DNA of 64,000 nucleotides from contig JABIHA010000121.1 of assembly GCA_018649885.1 (NCBI GenBank), forward strand, positions 1 to 64,000. Direction: 5' to 3'. Made by a program: the position numbers and the translations under genes. This DNA comes from Bacteriovoracaceae bacterium. GTDB lineage: Bacteria > Bdellovibrionota > Bacteriovoracia > Bacteriovoracales > Bacteriovoracaceae. The notes under the pieces are model-generated. The model was not told the DNA's origin. It was given only the letters and a program-made list of their open reading frames with translations, and searched no databases. Below, one piece after another: positions 19,618 through 30,559 of the stretch (position 1 is its first letter; every line of letters starts with the position of its first letter).

Positions 19618-20457
19618 CTACTCTACATGCCCTGCTGTTCCTCTGGAGATAAGGACAACTCCAGCTACAATTACCCCAATTAAGGCCAAACTAAGAATAC
19701 TGGGAAAGCGCTGATAAATCATAATCTCAAGTGCAACAGGGGTTAAAACAATAGCAGAGTTGACGGTGGGGACAACCACAAGAGCTGGACTTTTAAAGAA
19801 ACCTAACTGAGTTAAACACAAAGCGAGGGCCCCAAAGCCTAAACCAAGATAAGGGTATGGAGTATCTAGTTGTCCGGATAATGAGCCTCCAGCTTTCTTA
19901 AGACCAACATCGCCCATAAAAAGCCCAATGCCAATAAAGACCCCTGCAGCTAGTCCAAAGCTAACACCGTGGAGTTTTTTTAAAAGCATCGACAGTGCAC
20001 AGGCCGAAAGTGAAAAAATACAAAGAATGACGATAACCTTGATAAAGAGCTGATCTGAAAAACCACTAAAAGAAGGTCTATCAGCTGCTCCGATATAACT
20101 GATGCTCGAGGTTCCTATCATGACCAGTAAAATTCCCAGAAGGTCCCCTGTTTTTAATTTTTCTCCTAAGACTTTACTGGCGTATAAGGCGAGGCCTGCG
20201 AGTCCTACACCTGTCATGGCGGAAACGATAGAAGCCGACTTAGTCAGCTTAATAGCAAGTGAAAATGGAACGACGGCGGTTGCTGTCAAAAAGACTCCAA
20301 CAATCCAAATGAAAAAATCGATTCGATGATCACTTCTTAATGCATATTTAAGATTTTTGAGTACATGAACTTTTTGCTTTTGAATGCCCTTGCCCACATT
20401 GAGCATAAGCGCAGCTAAGATACTTACAAAAATTCCCAAAATAAATTCGCGGTCCAT
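19618..20457 (-). CDS. DMT-superfamily (NIPA-like) transporter
   Basis: About 9 TM segments; GIQK and VLGEKL motifs. Confidence 0.7.
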   Translation of the reverse strand: MDREFILGIFVSILAALMLNVGKGIQKQKVHVLKNLKYALRSDHRIDFFIWIVGVFLTATAVVPFSLAIKLTKSASIVSAMTGVGLAGLALYASKVLGEKLKTGDLLGILLVMIGTSSISYIGAADRPSFSGFSDQLFIKVIVILCIFSLSACALSMLLKKLHGVSFGLAAGVFIGIGLFMGDVGLKKAGGSLSGQLDTPYPYLGLGFGALALCLTQLGFFKSPALVVVPTVNSAIVLTPVALEIMIYQRFPSILSLALIGVIVAGVVLISRGTAGHVE

Positions 20458-20544
20458 GCCGCAATTATATAGCGGAGTTTCTCAAGATTCAATCACCAGA
20501 ACTATTTTATGGAGTTTTTGAAGACTTTGAAGTACTTTTTTAAC

Positions 20545-20934
20545 ATGAAAGAAATCATACTCGTCTACAATGAAACACTTAATCCCATATCCTTGGTAGA
20601 AAACATTATTACCAGGTATACAGACCCATCAAAGTATAGTTGTAATTTGTGCCATATCACCTATGGCCACATCAAAATGAAAAATATTTGGAAAGAATAC
20701 TTGGCCTCTGTCGAATGTAAAACTGAAGTCTATTTGAAGAAAAGTTTTTCCAAAAAATACCCTAAATTTAAAAACTACCTCTACCCTGCTATTTTCACTT
20801 TGGATGATAACGACAATGTAAAACTTCTCATTTCAGAAAGCGAAATCAAAGATTGCAGTGAAATTGAAATGTTAATAGCGCTGATGAAAAATAAACTAGC
20901 AGATTTTCATTCCAGAGAAGCCAGTAAAAAATAA
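20545..20934 (+). CDS. Conserved hypothetical protein with CxxC
   Basis: ILVYN...YSCNLCHITYG...W...YPAIF. Confidence 0.6.
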   Translation: MKEIILVYNETLNPISLVENIITRYTDPSKYSCNLCHITYGHIKMKNIWKEYLASVECKTEVYLKKSFSKKYPKFKNYLYPAIFTLDDNDNVKLLISESEIKDCSEIEMLIALMKNKLADFHSREASKK

Positions 20935-21037
20935 GCTTAGCTTCTCCCAATTCAAGGATCCTATCCCTCGCATAATTGTTGAAAAATATTAGTATAATTT
21001 CTGCCGAAGCAATTGTAGAAATATGTTGTTCTCAATA

Positions 21038-21280
21038 CTAAAAAGTCTCGTAAGATTCATCATACCTCAAAAACACCTCTAATAAGATTCGCCTAAACAA
21101 AGCTGCAAACTTTAAACCGAGTAGTTTTTTATTAATATCTCGCACGAGTTTAGGATTATTTTTGGTGGTAGCAATTCTTTTATAAAAGAGAGGACGTGAT
21201 AACCTGTGGTTGATTTTTAATTGAGAGGGTCGACTCTTTGGATGGAGGGGGTTTGCACGATAGAAGCCCCAGCACCTCAT
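21038..21280 (-). pseudogene. Possible decayed fragment of a family-3 substrate-binding protein
   Basis: ATTKNNPKLVRDINKKLLGLK...FRRIL resembles an SBP-3 C-terminus; no intact upstream frame. Confidence 0.25.
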
Positions 21281-21452
21281 TTACTAAATCTCACAATACT
21301 TCCATGCCGTGCAAACCCACTCCACTCACAAGCCCTCTTCTCTCCTCAATTGATTCATCCAGATTACCTGTGGGGAGTTTCATATAAATTCTAGTTTTTT
21401 GAAGTTCCAGTCGATTTACTAAATAGGAAATTTGGTTTGGGCCTAATTTGAA

Positions 21453-22004
21453 TTAGAAATAAACTCTTATTCCTAGATCAACTACTCTTTTTTGATTGCA
21501 ACCAGATTCGAGGAGGTATTGTGCGAATAGATCAGCTCTCCCCTTCATCATGGGGTAGAGAAACCCCGCTCCCAGATAAACACCTGAACAGCTATCATCC
21601 AAAACGAATTCACCTTGAAAGGGACATCCAGGTGGAACTGTAATCACTCTATTGTGCTTGCCCATTCCAGCGAAGAAATTGAAATACTTGAAAAGAAAAA
21701 TTCGCGCCCCTGCACTAACATAGTTTTCCTCGAGGGTTATGGCATATGGCTGATTATAAAAATTTCGACTTTCAGCTGCATCGTTTTTTCCATACATTCC
21801 TTCAAGGGCAAAAGCACTCCACCTCTTTCCTACTGTAAAGCCGTACCCTTTGCCATTAAAATTTCCATAGTTCCCACCCAACCTGTGCTCTACAATTTGA
21901 TAATTACCACTAATGTAAAAAGATGAGGCCTGGGTAGTGGAGGTACTAAATAAGTGAAAAAAGCATAGAAGAAAAAATGGGATCACCAGGTCGTGTGTTC
22001 TCAT
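21453..22004 (-). CDS. Small outer-membrane beta-barrel protein
   Basis: Signal peptide, amphipathic beta pattern, C-terminal LGIRVYF. Confidence 0.8.
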   Translation of the reverse strand: MRTHDLVIPFFLLCFFHLFSTSTTQASSFYISGNYQIVEHRLGGNYGNFNGKGYGFTVGKRWSAFALEGMYGKNDAAESRNFYNQPYAITLEENYVSAGARIFLFKYFNFFAGMGKHNRVITVPPGCPFQGEFVLDDSCSGVYLGAGFLYPMMKGRADLFAQYLLESGCNQKRVVDLGIRVYF

Positions 22005-22081
22005 GTCCTGAATTATACACGTCAGAAATTGTTGATCAATTCGGTAAATTTTACGAGTTTTAACAGAGATGGTTTGTCGGT

Positions 22082-22867
22082 TTATTCATGATATTTTATA
22101 TAGATAGCGATCCAGTCTTTAATATCATTTTTTTTGTCTGAGAAGTAATCAATTTGAGAGCTACCTAGTCCACTCACAATCTTTTGAGTTATCCCCATTG
22201 CCAGCTTCTGCTCATGTCCAAATTTGAGTTTGAGGTTGTACTGGGTAAACAACTTATGGACCAATTCTTGTTTTCTATGGACTGGTTCATTTGAGCCCAA
22301 GAGATCCAGAAGGTCTCTTTGAAAACTAAGCCTTCTGTCATACCTTTGCTGTGAGATTTTATTAAAAATATCACTCCCGCCCTTAATCAGATTGATTTGG
22401 TCTTCCCTAAGATCACCAAAGAATTTACCAAAACGTTTTTTAGCAGGTGAAGTATTTGCAAGTGTGGAGATTTTTAAGGATTGGTTTCTTTGCTGTAGAT
22501 TCTGTTTAAATTTACCTAATTGATATGGATTTAACTGCGCCAGATACTTTGAGAGAATGGCACTAAAAGATACTGCAATTTCCGTATAAATTCCTTTTAA
22601 ATAGATAAAATCATCACTGACAACTGCATTTTTAATTTGATGTTTTTCTAATTGCTTCAAAAGAGAGCTCGCCAGCATTTTTTGATTTTTTAAATAGCTT
22701 TGAATATCTTTTTTGAGACTATCTCTTTGATAAGAGTTGAGATGAAATTCATCACCAATTTTCTTTGTTAAAATCAAATCAAAATTGGCGACAATAACCT
22801 CTTTAATTCCGCATGAGCTCAGAAAAAGAGGAAGAAAAATGAGTAAAAAACTTGCTAACTTAAACAT
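22082..22867 (-). CDS. Helical lipoprotein (DUF6279-like)
   Basis: LSSC lipobox; NFD.I...I...F.L...Q. Confidence 0.6.
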   Translation of the reverse strand: MFKLASFLLIFLPLFLSSCGIKEVIVANFDLILTKKIGDEFHLNSYQRDSLKKDIQSYLKNQKMLASSLLKQLEKHQIKNAVVSDDFIYLKGIYTEIAVSFSAILSKYLAQLNPYQLGKFKQNLQQRNQSLKISTLANTSPAKKRFGKFFGDLREDQINLIKGGSDIFNKISQQRYDRRLSFQRDLLDLLGSNEPVHRKQELVHKLFTQYNLKLKFGHEQKLAMGITQKIVSGLGSSQIDYFSDKKNDIKDWIAIYIKYHE

Positions 22868-22949
22868 CTATACTAGGCTACGTTTCTTTGGCCTTTTCCA
22901 CAAGGCCCAAGTAACATCTTTATCTTACAATGCTCCATAGGAAACTGCT

Positions 22950-23555
22950 TTGAAGCTCATTTTAATACTATTCACCCTACTCTCACCGCTTGGCGCAAAT
23001 GCTTCGAAAATTCTTTTTTTAGGTGATTCTCTAACCGAGGGTTATGGTGTTCAAAAATCAGACTCTTACCCTTCACAGCTGCAGCTCCTTCTTAATAAAA
23101 AGGGACTAAAAGTGGTTGTCATTAATGCTGGCAGCAGTGGTTCAACTACAGCTAGTGGGCCTTCGAGACTTCGCTGGCATCTAAAAAGTGCCCCAAAAAT
23201 TTTAGTGCTTGCTCTTGGTGGCAATGATGGATTAAGGGGAGTCAAACTTGAGTCCACTAAAATCAATTTAGAGAAAACAATTACCATGGCAAAGGGAAAG
23301 GGAATTCGTGTCATCCTTGGGGGGATGAAGTTGCCCCACAATTATGGAAGTGAATATAGAAAGAAATTTGAAAACCTATTTCAAACACTTGCAAGCAAGC
23401 ACAAGGTTTTATTCATTCCCTTTATGCTAAAAGATGTGGGAGGTATAAACTCTCTCAATCTTCCAGATGGAATTCATCCCAATGAAAAGGGACACAAAAT
23501 TATAGCTCGAAATATATTACCAATAATTATAAAAGCACTTGAGGTTAGTCAGTGA
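22950..23555 (+). CDS. tesA: SGNH arylesterase / acyl-CoA thioesterase I
   Basis: GDSLTEGYG, LGGNDGLRG, DGIHPN. Confidence 0.92.
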   Translation: MKLILILFTLLSPLGANASKILFLGDSLTEGYGVQKSDSYPSQLQLLLNKKGLKVVVINAGSSGSTTASGPSRLRWHLKSAPKILVLALGGNDGLRGVKLESTKINLEKTITMAKGKGIRVILGGMKLPHNYGSEYRKKFENLFQTLASKHKVLFIPFMLKDVGGINSLNLPDGIHPNEKGHKIIARNILPIIIKALEVSQ

Positions 23556-24211
23556 TTGAAATTCAGGACCTTAGTAAAACTTACCAGCAAGCAGGCTCGG
23601 CCATTCATGCTGTTAATGGTGTGAATATTAGTATCGAAAAAGGCCAAACTGTGGCCATAACAGGTCGCTCGGGAAGCGGGAAAACGACACTTCTGACGCT
23701 ACTTGCTGGACTTGATAGACCTACGCATGGACAAATCAGCATACTAGGTAAGAATTTAACTTCTATGTCTGAAAAAGAGATGGGCCAATTTAGAGGAGAA
23801 AATATTGGAATCGTTTTTCAAAAATTCCACCTCATGCCCTATTTAACGGCCCTAGAAAATGTTTCTCTTCCACTAGAAATACTCGGAGTTAAGGATGCGG
23901 ATAAAAAGGCATCTGAGGCCCTAGCACTCGTAGGACTAGAGGATAGACTCACTCATCTTCCAGCACAGCTCAGTGGTGGAGAATGCCAAAGAGTGGCCAT
24001 TGCAAGAGCACTCGTAACAGGCCCCTCTATATTGCTAGCAGATGAACCCAGTGGTAATTTGGATTCACATACTGGTCAAAAAGTTATGGATCTTCTTTTT
24101 GAATTAGCAGAAAAAAAGAAAAGCACTCTCATATTAGTCACTCATGACCAAACGCTGGCTTCTAGGTGTCAAAGACAAATTAATCTCACTGCTGGATCAA
24201 TTTCACAATAG
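23552..24211 (+). CDS. ybbA: ABC ATP-binding protein
   Basis: GRSGSGKTT, LSGGE, ADEP; follows tesA. Confidence 0.9.
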   Translation: MIEIQDLSKTYQQAGSAIHAVNGVNISIEKGQTVAITGRSGSGKTTLLTLLAGLDRPTHGQISILGKNLTSMSEKEMGQFRGENIGIVFQKFHLMPYLTALENVSLPLEILGVKDADKKASEALALVGLEDRLTHLPAQLSGGECQRVAIARALVTGPSILLADEPSGNLDSHTGQKVMDLLFELAEKKKSTLILVTHDQTLASRCQRQINLTAGSISQ

Positions 24212-24222
24212 GAGACCTCCAC

Positions 24223-26775
24223 TTGAAAATTCCATATAAGCTAATTTTTCAAGAAATGAGAGGCTCCAAAAAATTTACGCTATTATTTATTTTAAACTTA
24301 GGTTTAGGCCTTGCCGGTTTTATTTCTTTAAATAGCTTTCGTGAGTCCATCAATTTTTCACTAAAATCACAGTCAAAGAATATTCTTGGTGCTGATTTTG
24401 GCGTTTCAGCAAGAAGGCCTATTACCAGTATTGAAAGAGAACTGATCAAATCCACGGCCGAATCAAAAGTTGTAGAGAGCGAGATGGTGGAGCTATTCAC
24501 CATGATCAGAGGAGCAAATAAACAAAGTCGCCTTGTTCAGCTCAAAGCGATCTCATCCCCCTACCCCTTCTATGGGGCCCTGGGGCTTGATGATGATAAA
24601 AAAATAAACGGCAGCGAGATTGATGAGCTCTACCAAAAAAATGTAGTGTGGGTTTATCCTGAGCTGCTACTGCAGCTGGGCCTTAAAAAAGGTGAATCCA
24701 TTCAAGTTGGTGAAGCACAATTTACAATTTCCCAAGTTGTCAGCTCTGACTCTGCTGCAGGTTTTTCCACTAGCATGGCCCCCAGAATGTATATTTCCCT
24801 TGAGCATTTGGGCCGTACTAAGCTTTTGAGAGCTGGCTCTCTTGCGTGGTACTCCTATGTCTATCAAATCCCTGGAAAAAGTGCAGCTGAGCTGGGTGAA
24901 ATGCAAAAGGAAGTCTTTGATAGTGTCCCCTCAAATGATTTGCAAGTTTACTCTTATGAGGAGGTGAATGAGCAAACGGGGAGACTTATGAATTACCTAA
25001 GTGATTTCTTAGGACTCAGCTCTCTAGCGGCCCTCTTTTTAGCTGCAGTTGGGGCGGGGTTTTTGTATAAGAGCTACCTCGAAGAAAAAACTAATCAAGT
25101 GGCAGTGCTTTTAAGTTTAGGCATTTCAAAAAACCAAGCTTTTTTTCTATATAATCTACAACTTGTGGTATTGGGGGCCTTCAGTGCGCTACTGGCGCTC
25201 ACTGTATCAGTCGGAGTCTCTCCCCTTATCGGCATTGTACTAAAAGACCTATTCCCCTACGTTATTACTTTTAATATAAGTACATCATCTATTGTAGTAA
25301 CAATACTCCTTGGGACGCTCGGAAGTTGTACGATTTGCTTCCCACAACTTCGTGGTCTCAAAAAATTGAGCCCAACAATTCTACTCGACTCATTTGAAAG
25401 TCCACAAGCCAAAAGTGACCTATATAGTTACTTAAGCTACCTACCAGCTGTGGTAAGTTTTTACCTTTTGTCCATTTATCAGTCTCGGTCCCTGATTGTA
25501 GGGAGTCTATTTTGCGCCCTTTTTTTTGGTTCGGTCATTGTTCTCACCTACGTCTCACCCAAAGTTTTTCATTGGCTTGAAAGCTTTTCAAAACATAGGT
25601 GGAAAAGTTTCTCCTGGGCCATGAGAGATCTAGCAAGACATAGGCTAGCAACCACCTCTTCTTTTTTGGCCTTAGCATTAGGGATGCTCTTACTTAATTT
25701 AATCCCCCAAATAGAGGCATCTTTGCAACATGAGCTAGAAGGTCCAGCGGACTCAAAACTTCCAAGCCTCTTTCTCTTTGATATCCAAGAAGAACAAGTC
25801 TCAGATATAATCAAAATTGCTCAAAAAGATTTCGGTGGACTCCACAATCTCTCCCCCATGGTTCGCGCTAAGCTGGTTGAAGTCAATGACTTGCCGTTTG
25901 AAAAAGGCTCACTCAAAGAAAAGGCCCTCACAAGAGAGGAGCAGCGTGAAAGACGATTTAGAAATAGAGGGGTAAACCTATCTTATAAAAAATCTCTAGG
26001 TAATGGAGAGAAAATTACCAATGGCAGGCCTTTTTCAGGTGATTGGGATGAATCAAGTGGAAAACTTCCTGAGATTTCACTTGAAACAAGGTACGCAAGT
26101 AGGTTGGGATTAAAGATTGGAGATAAACTAACCTTCGATGTCCAAAGTATCATGGTATCTGGTGAAGTGATCAATATTAGAAAAGTAAAATGGACTACAT
26201 TTTCTCCCAATTTCTTCATCCAATTTCAGCCGGGAGTCCTTGAGCCTGCACCTAAAACATTTTTGGCGAGCACAAGAAATCTATCCACTCAGGCAAAGAA
26301 TGATTTTCAACTAGCAGTGCTTGAAGGACACTCTAATGTCAGCATGGTTGATGTTACAAGGCTGGCTAGTCGTATTCAACTCATCATTGAAAGAATGGGA
26401 GTTGCACTAAATTTAATGGCGACACTTTGTTTTATAGTAGGATTTGTAGTGGTATTCTCCATCTCTACCCAACAGGCAAGAGCTAAGATTTGGGATGTGG
26501 CCCTTTACAAAGCACTTGGAGCGGATTTTAAAAAAATTAGATCTATTTTCATTTGGCAATTTACAATTTTATCACTGCTGGCCTCTCTGGGAGGAATCTC
26601 ACTAGGCATATTAATTAGTTTAGGATTGTCTTCAGTTCTTTTTGAAAGCTACTGGGCGATCAATACCACCCTTCCCATCATCTCTACAATACTTTGTTGT
26701 TTTATCACAGTGATCGTTAGCACGCTTTCGACACAATCGGCGCTTAAATCAGATGCTGCAAGTTTACTGAATTAA
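24223..26775 (+). CDS. ybbP: FtsX/MacB-type ABC permease
   Basis: LKAIS..YPFYG, PSLFLFDIQ, IRKVKW..FSPNF; tesA-ybbA-ybbP order. Confidence 0.88.
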   Translation: MKIPYKLIFQEMRGSKKFTLLFILNLGLGLAGFISLNSFRESINFSLKSQSKNILGADFGVSARRPITSIERELIKSTAESKVVESEMVELFTMIRGANKQSRLVQLKAISSPYPFYGALGLDDDKKINGSEIDELYQKNVVWVYPELLLQLGLKKGESIQVGEAQFTISQVVSSDSAAGFSTSMAPRMYISLEHLGRTKLLRAGSLAWYSYVYQIPGKSAAELGEMQKEVFDSVPSNDLQVYSYEEVNEQTGRLMNYLSDFLGLSSLAALFLAAVGAGFLYKSYLEEKTNQVAVLLSLGISKNQAFFLYNLQLVVLGAFSALLALTVSVGVSPLIGIVLKDLFPYVITFNISTSSIVVTILLGTLGSCTICFPQLRGLKKLSPTILLDSFESPQAKSDLYSYLSYLPAVVSFYLLSIYQSRSLIVGSLFCALFFGSVIVLTYVSPKVFHWLESFSKHRWKSFSWAMRDLARHRLATTSSFLALALGMLLLNLIPQIEASLQHELEGPADSKLPSLFLFDIQEEQVSDIIKIAQKDFGGLHNLSPMVRAKLVEVNDLPFEKGSLKEKALTREEQRERRFRNRGVNLSYKKSLGNGEKITNGRPFSGDWDESSGKLPEISLETRYASRLGLKIGDKLTFDVQSIMVSGEVINIRKVKWTTFSPNFFIQFQPGVLEPAPKTFLASTRNLSTQAKNDFQLAVLEGHSNVSMVDVTRLASRIQLIIERMGVALNLMATLCFIVGFVVVFSISTQQARAKIWDVALYKALGADFKKIRSIFIWQFTILSLLASLGGISLGILISLGLSSVLFESYWAINTTLPIISTILCCFITVIVSTLSTQSALKSDAASLLN

Positions 26776-26808
26776 AAAAAAGAAAGGGCAATCTAATAAG
26801 ATTGCCCT
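26774..26808 (-). terminator. Intrinsic terminator of the cus-like operon
   Basis: agggcaatct-aata-agattgccct plus T-run on the minus strand. Confidence 0.75.
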
Positions 26809-26817
26809 AGATTCAGT

Positions 26818-27411
26818 TTAATGATGGGTATTTTGCGATCCACAATGAGGCATATTGGGAGCGTAAGGGTTGTGAACCTTCGCCATTTTTTTTGAGTTTT
26901 GAACCCATTTCTTTTTTACCATGGGGCAAGAGTAAGCATTATATTTTGGGCCAACATCATAAGAGTTAATTAAATGGATCAAGGCCATGGAAAAAAGATG
27001 ATAATTTTGATCATTTGATTCACGAGGGCTTTTTTCTTCAATTTCAGCTAGCTTTGTCTTTGCAAATGCCATCAGTTTTACAATTTCTGGATCTGTAACT
27101 TTTGAAAGAGAATCGGCTACTTTCTTGGCATGTTTTTCCACTTTCTTTGCATTGTACTTATAAAAAGAATTATGAAGAGACTCGTTATCACTCAACATTT
27201 TTATCAATTGCCTTTTAACTTTCTTTGCTACAGTTTTTCTCTTTGAGTTTTTTGACTCACCCATCATCTTCTGAGAACCCATTGAGTTCCCCTTACCCAT
27301 CATCTTTCCATTTTTCATCGTTTTGCCATTATCCATCATATGATCTGAGCCAGAGGAAAAAGCTTGGGTAGAAAAAAGTGTTAAGATAAAAATAGTCATT
27401 AATTTTTTCAT
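26818..27411 (-). CDS. DUF3347-like periplasmic metal-binding protein with Met-rich N-terminus
   Basis: YSCPM...WVQ....VHNPY...MPHCG. Confidence 0.8.
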   Translation of the reverse strand: MKKLMTIFILTLFSTQAFSSGSDHMMDNGKTMKNGKMMGKGNSMGSQKMMGESKNSKRKTVAKKVKRQLIKMLSDNESLHNSFYKYNAKKVEKHAKKVADSLSKVTDPEIVKLMAFAKTKLAEIEEKSPRESNDQNYHLFSMALIHLINSYDVGPKYNAYSCPMVKKKWVQNSKKMAKVHNPYAPNMPHCGSQNTHH

Positions 27412-27430
27412 GATCAACTCCTTAAATATA

Positions 27431-30400
27431 TTAATTTTGATAATTATTTATCATTTTTCTTTGCTCAAAAAATGAAAATGTTACTGGTACAATAAATAAT
27501 GTGATCAGCTCAACTAACATCCCGCCAATTGCTGGGATCGCCATGGGCTTCATCACTTCGCTGCCTGCACTTGTGGCCCACATCACCGGGAGCAACGCTA
27601 TCACAGTGGTCGTTGTAGTCATAACAAGTGGTCTAATTCTCCTAGAACCAGCTGCAATGATACAATTTTTAAGCTCTTCCCAAGTCTTAGGAGAGCCAAC
27701 CTTTACGGCTTTTTGAAGATAAGTCATCATCACAACGCCGTCATCCACTGCAATACCAAATAGTGCAATAAATCCAACCCAAACAGCGACAGAAGTATTA
27801 AAGCCTAATATTCCCAGAAGAATCAAACCACCCGCCATTGCAATGGGAACTGCTGAGAAAATAATGGCACTATTTCTCATATTTTTAATTCCAAGGAAAA
27901 TAATAAAAAGGTTAATGATCAGTGCCAGTGGAATTAATAATTTCAAACGATTATTGGCCCTTACTTGATTTTCATATTGTCCGGCCCATACAATTGAATA
28001 CCCTCTGGGAAGTTCAACATTTTCTTCAACAGCTACTCTTGCCTCATCGACAAAGCCCATCAGGTCTCTATTTTTTACATTTAATAGCACAACAGATCTG
28101 AGCATTCCATTTTCTGATTGAATGGCCGCAGGTCCTGTTACTGTTTTGATTTTTGCAAGTTGCTCAAGCGGGATATGCTGCCCCAGAGGACTTGGAACTA
28201 AAACCCTTTTAAGCTCATCTATTCGATCTCTCAGCTCTTTTTTATATCTCACTCTTATAGGGTATCTCTCTCGTCCTTCATAAAATTGGCCGATGCTCAT
28301 GCCACCAACTGCTGTTTGCAAAATTTTATTAACTGTACCCGTATTGATCCCATATCTTGAGGCGGCGACCCTATCCACCTCAAACTCGATATAGGGTTTT
28401 CCAGTAATTCTCTCAGCGTAAACTCCGTAGGCCCCCCTAACTTTCTCAACTTCGCTTCCAATATTTCTCGCTAGAGTTTCCAAAGTCTTTAAATCAGGCC
28501 CAAAAATTTTAATCCCAATTTGAGTTTTAATACCTGATTGAAGCATCCCTATGCGGGTTTGGATGGGAAAGTCCCAAGAATTAACAAGACCTGGGATTTG
28601 AAGTTTTTCATCTAAATCGGCCATAATATCGTAAATCGATTTACCAGATGGCCACTGGTCTTTAGGCACTAATTTAACAACTGTTTCAAACATGGCAACA
28701 GGTGCGGGATCAATGGGAGAATTTGCCCTTCCAAGTTTTCCTACCGCATACTCCACCAAAGGGTGAGCATTTAAAACAGTGTCAGTATAGGCCAAAAGCT
28801 CGCGGGCCTTAGTCATACTCACATCAGGGGTAGTCACCGGCATATAAAGAATGTCACCTTCGTTAAGCGCAGGCATAAACTCTTTTCCCAAGCGACTAAA
28901 AGAAATTCCTCCTAACACAAGAACAACAATTGGAGCAATCAAAAACAAACTGCGATGTCCTAAAACCCAAGTAAGTGCAGGCCGATAGCTCCTAACAATA
29001 AAGGAGCTCACTCGGTTTTTTTCTATGGGGCGCAGTTTACCTTTTAATAAATAAACAGATAGTGCTGGAACTAAAAAGATCGCCACTAAAACTGATCCAA
29101 ACATTGCCAAGGTTTTGGCCCATGCAAGTGGCCCAAATAATTTCCCTTCACTACCTTCAAGGGCAAATACAGGAAAGAAAGTGATTATAGTTGTCATCAC
29201 AGCGGTTAAAATTGCGGGACCCACTTCAGTGGCAGCACTGGTAATAACTTCAATTCTCTCAGCAGGTGTAGACGGTTTTTTTTCAGCAATATTTGCGTAA
29301 ATATTTTCTGTCATGATAATACCCATATCGACCATGGAGCCGATGGCAATCACCATTCCAGAAAGACTCATGACATTTGAATCAATCCCAAGAACTTTCA
29401 TCAAAATAAAGCTAATCCCCACTCCAAATGGTAGAGTTAGCGAGACCAACATACTTGATCTAAAATGAAGAAGAAAAAGTAAGATAACAAATACGGTAAT
29501 GACTATTTCTTCAGTTAAAGCTGAATATACTGTCCCAATAGTGTTTTCTATTAAAAGGGTTCGATCATAGAAAGGAACCAGTGCGACGCCAGCGGGAAGA
29601 CCCTTCTCTACGACTTTTATTCTCTTTTTAACACCATCAATAACTTCTTTCGGGTTTTGACCAAAACGCATAGTCACGACACCGCCAACAGCTTCGACTC
29701 CATTTTTATCGAGAGCACCTCTCCTGAAAGCAGGCCCTAAGCCGACTGTTGCAATATCTTTAACCCTAACAGGAATTTTGTTATTTACACCAACAACTAC
29801 ATTTTCAATATCCTCAAGGCTTTTAAAAAATCCTTTACCACGCACGATATATTCTCTATCGCCGTCCTCGATAACTTCTGCTCCCACATCAACGTTACTA
29901 TTTTTAATAGCTGAAATAATTTTGGTTAAATGAACATTAAAAGCAATGATTTTTCTAGGGTCTACATCGATTTGATATTCTTTTACAAAGCCACCTACCG
30001 TAGCAACCTCACTCACTCCCTCAACACCTTGAAGTAGGTACTTAACATAGAAATCTTGGATTGATCTGAGCTCAGAAAGTGACTTAGGGTGAGCTGAATC
30101 TTTTTCATTTTCAAGTGTATACCAAAAAACTTGACCTAACCCGGTGGCGTCAGGGCCCATTTTGGGAACAACTTCATTAGGAATCTCACTTGAAGCGGTA
30201 GAGAGCTTTTCCAAAACCCTTGACCTACTCCAATAAAAATCAACATCATCTTTAAAAATAATATAAATCGTGGAAAAGCCAAATGCTGAGATACCTCTAA
30301 CATTTTTTACCCCTGGGATCCCCTGAAGCAAAATACTCAGCGGATAAGTAACCTGCTCTTCAATGTCAGTAGGAGATCTTCCTGCCCACTCGGTAAAGAC

Positions 30401-30544
30401 AATTTGCTGATTTTCACCAATATCGGGAATGGCATCAATTCTTGCTGTCTTCAAACTAAAGACAGCTGCAAGGCCTATAAAAACAAAGATGATGACCACT
30501 GCCATCCTGTTTTTGATTGATAATTCAATAAGTTTAGTAATCAT
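27431..30544 (-). CDS. cusA: CusA/CzcA heavy-metal RND permease
   Basis: DAIPDIGENQQIV, GPDATGLGQ, EFMPALNEGDILYMP, RIRPLVMT. Confidence 0.93.
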   Translation of the reverse strand: MITKLIELSIKNRMAVVIIFVFIGLAAVFSLKTARIDAIPDIGENQQIVFTEWAGRSPTDIEEQVTYPLSILLQGIPGVKNVRGISAFGFSTIYIIFKDDVDFYWSRSRVLEKLSTASSEIPNEVVPKMGPDATGLGQVFWYTLENEKDSAHPKSLSELRSIQDFYVKYLLQGVEGVSEVATVGGFVKEYQIDVDPRKIIAFNVHLTKIISAIKNSNVDVGAEVIEDGDREYIVRGKGFFKSLEDIENVVVGVNNKIPVRVKDIATVGLGPAFRRGALDKNGVEAVGGVVTMRFGQNPKEVIDGVKKRIKVVEKGLPAGVALVPFYDRTLLIENTIGTVYSALTEEIVITVFVILLFLLHFRSSMLVSLTLPFGVGISFILMKVLGIDSNVMSLSGMVIAIGSMVDMGIIMTENIYANIAEKKPSTPAERIEVITSAATEVGPAILTAVMTTIITFFPVFALEGSEGKLFGPLAWAKTLAMFGSVLVAIFLVPALSVYLLKGKLRPIEKNRVSSFIVRSYRPALTWVLGHRSLFLIAPIVVLVLGGISFSRLGKEFMPALNEGDILYMPVTTPDVSMTKARELLAYTDTVLNAHPLVEYAVGKLGRANSPIDPAPVAMFETVVKLVPKDQWPSGKSIYDIMADLDEKLQIPGLVNSWDFPIQTRIGMLQSGIKTQIGIKIFGPDLKTLETLARNIGSEVEKVRGAYGVYAERITGKPYIEFEVDRVAASRYGINTGTVNKILQTAVGGMSIGQFYEGRERYPIRVRYKKELRDRIDELKRVLVPSPLGQHIPLEQLAKIKTVTGPAAIQSENGMLRSVVLLNVKNRDLMGFVDEARVAVEENVELPRGYSIVWAGQYENQVRANNRLKLLIPLALIINLFIIFLGIKNMRNSAIIFSAVPIAMAGGLILLGILGFNTSVAVWVGFIALFGIAVDDGVVMMTYLQKAVKVGSPKTWEELKNCIIAAGSRRIRPLVMTTTTTVIALLPVMWATSAGSEVMKPMAIPAIGGMLVELITLFIVPVTFSFFEQRKMINNYQN

Positions 30545-30559
30545 CTAACTATCTCTATC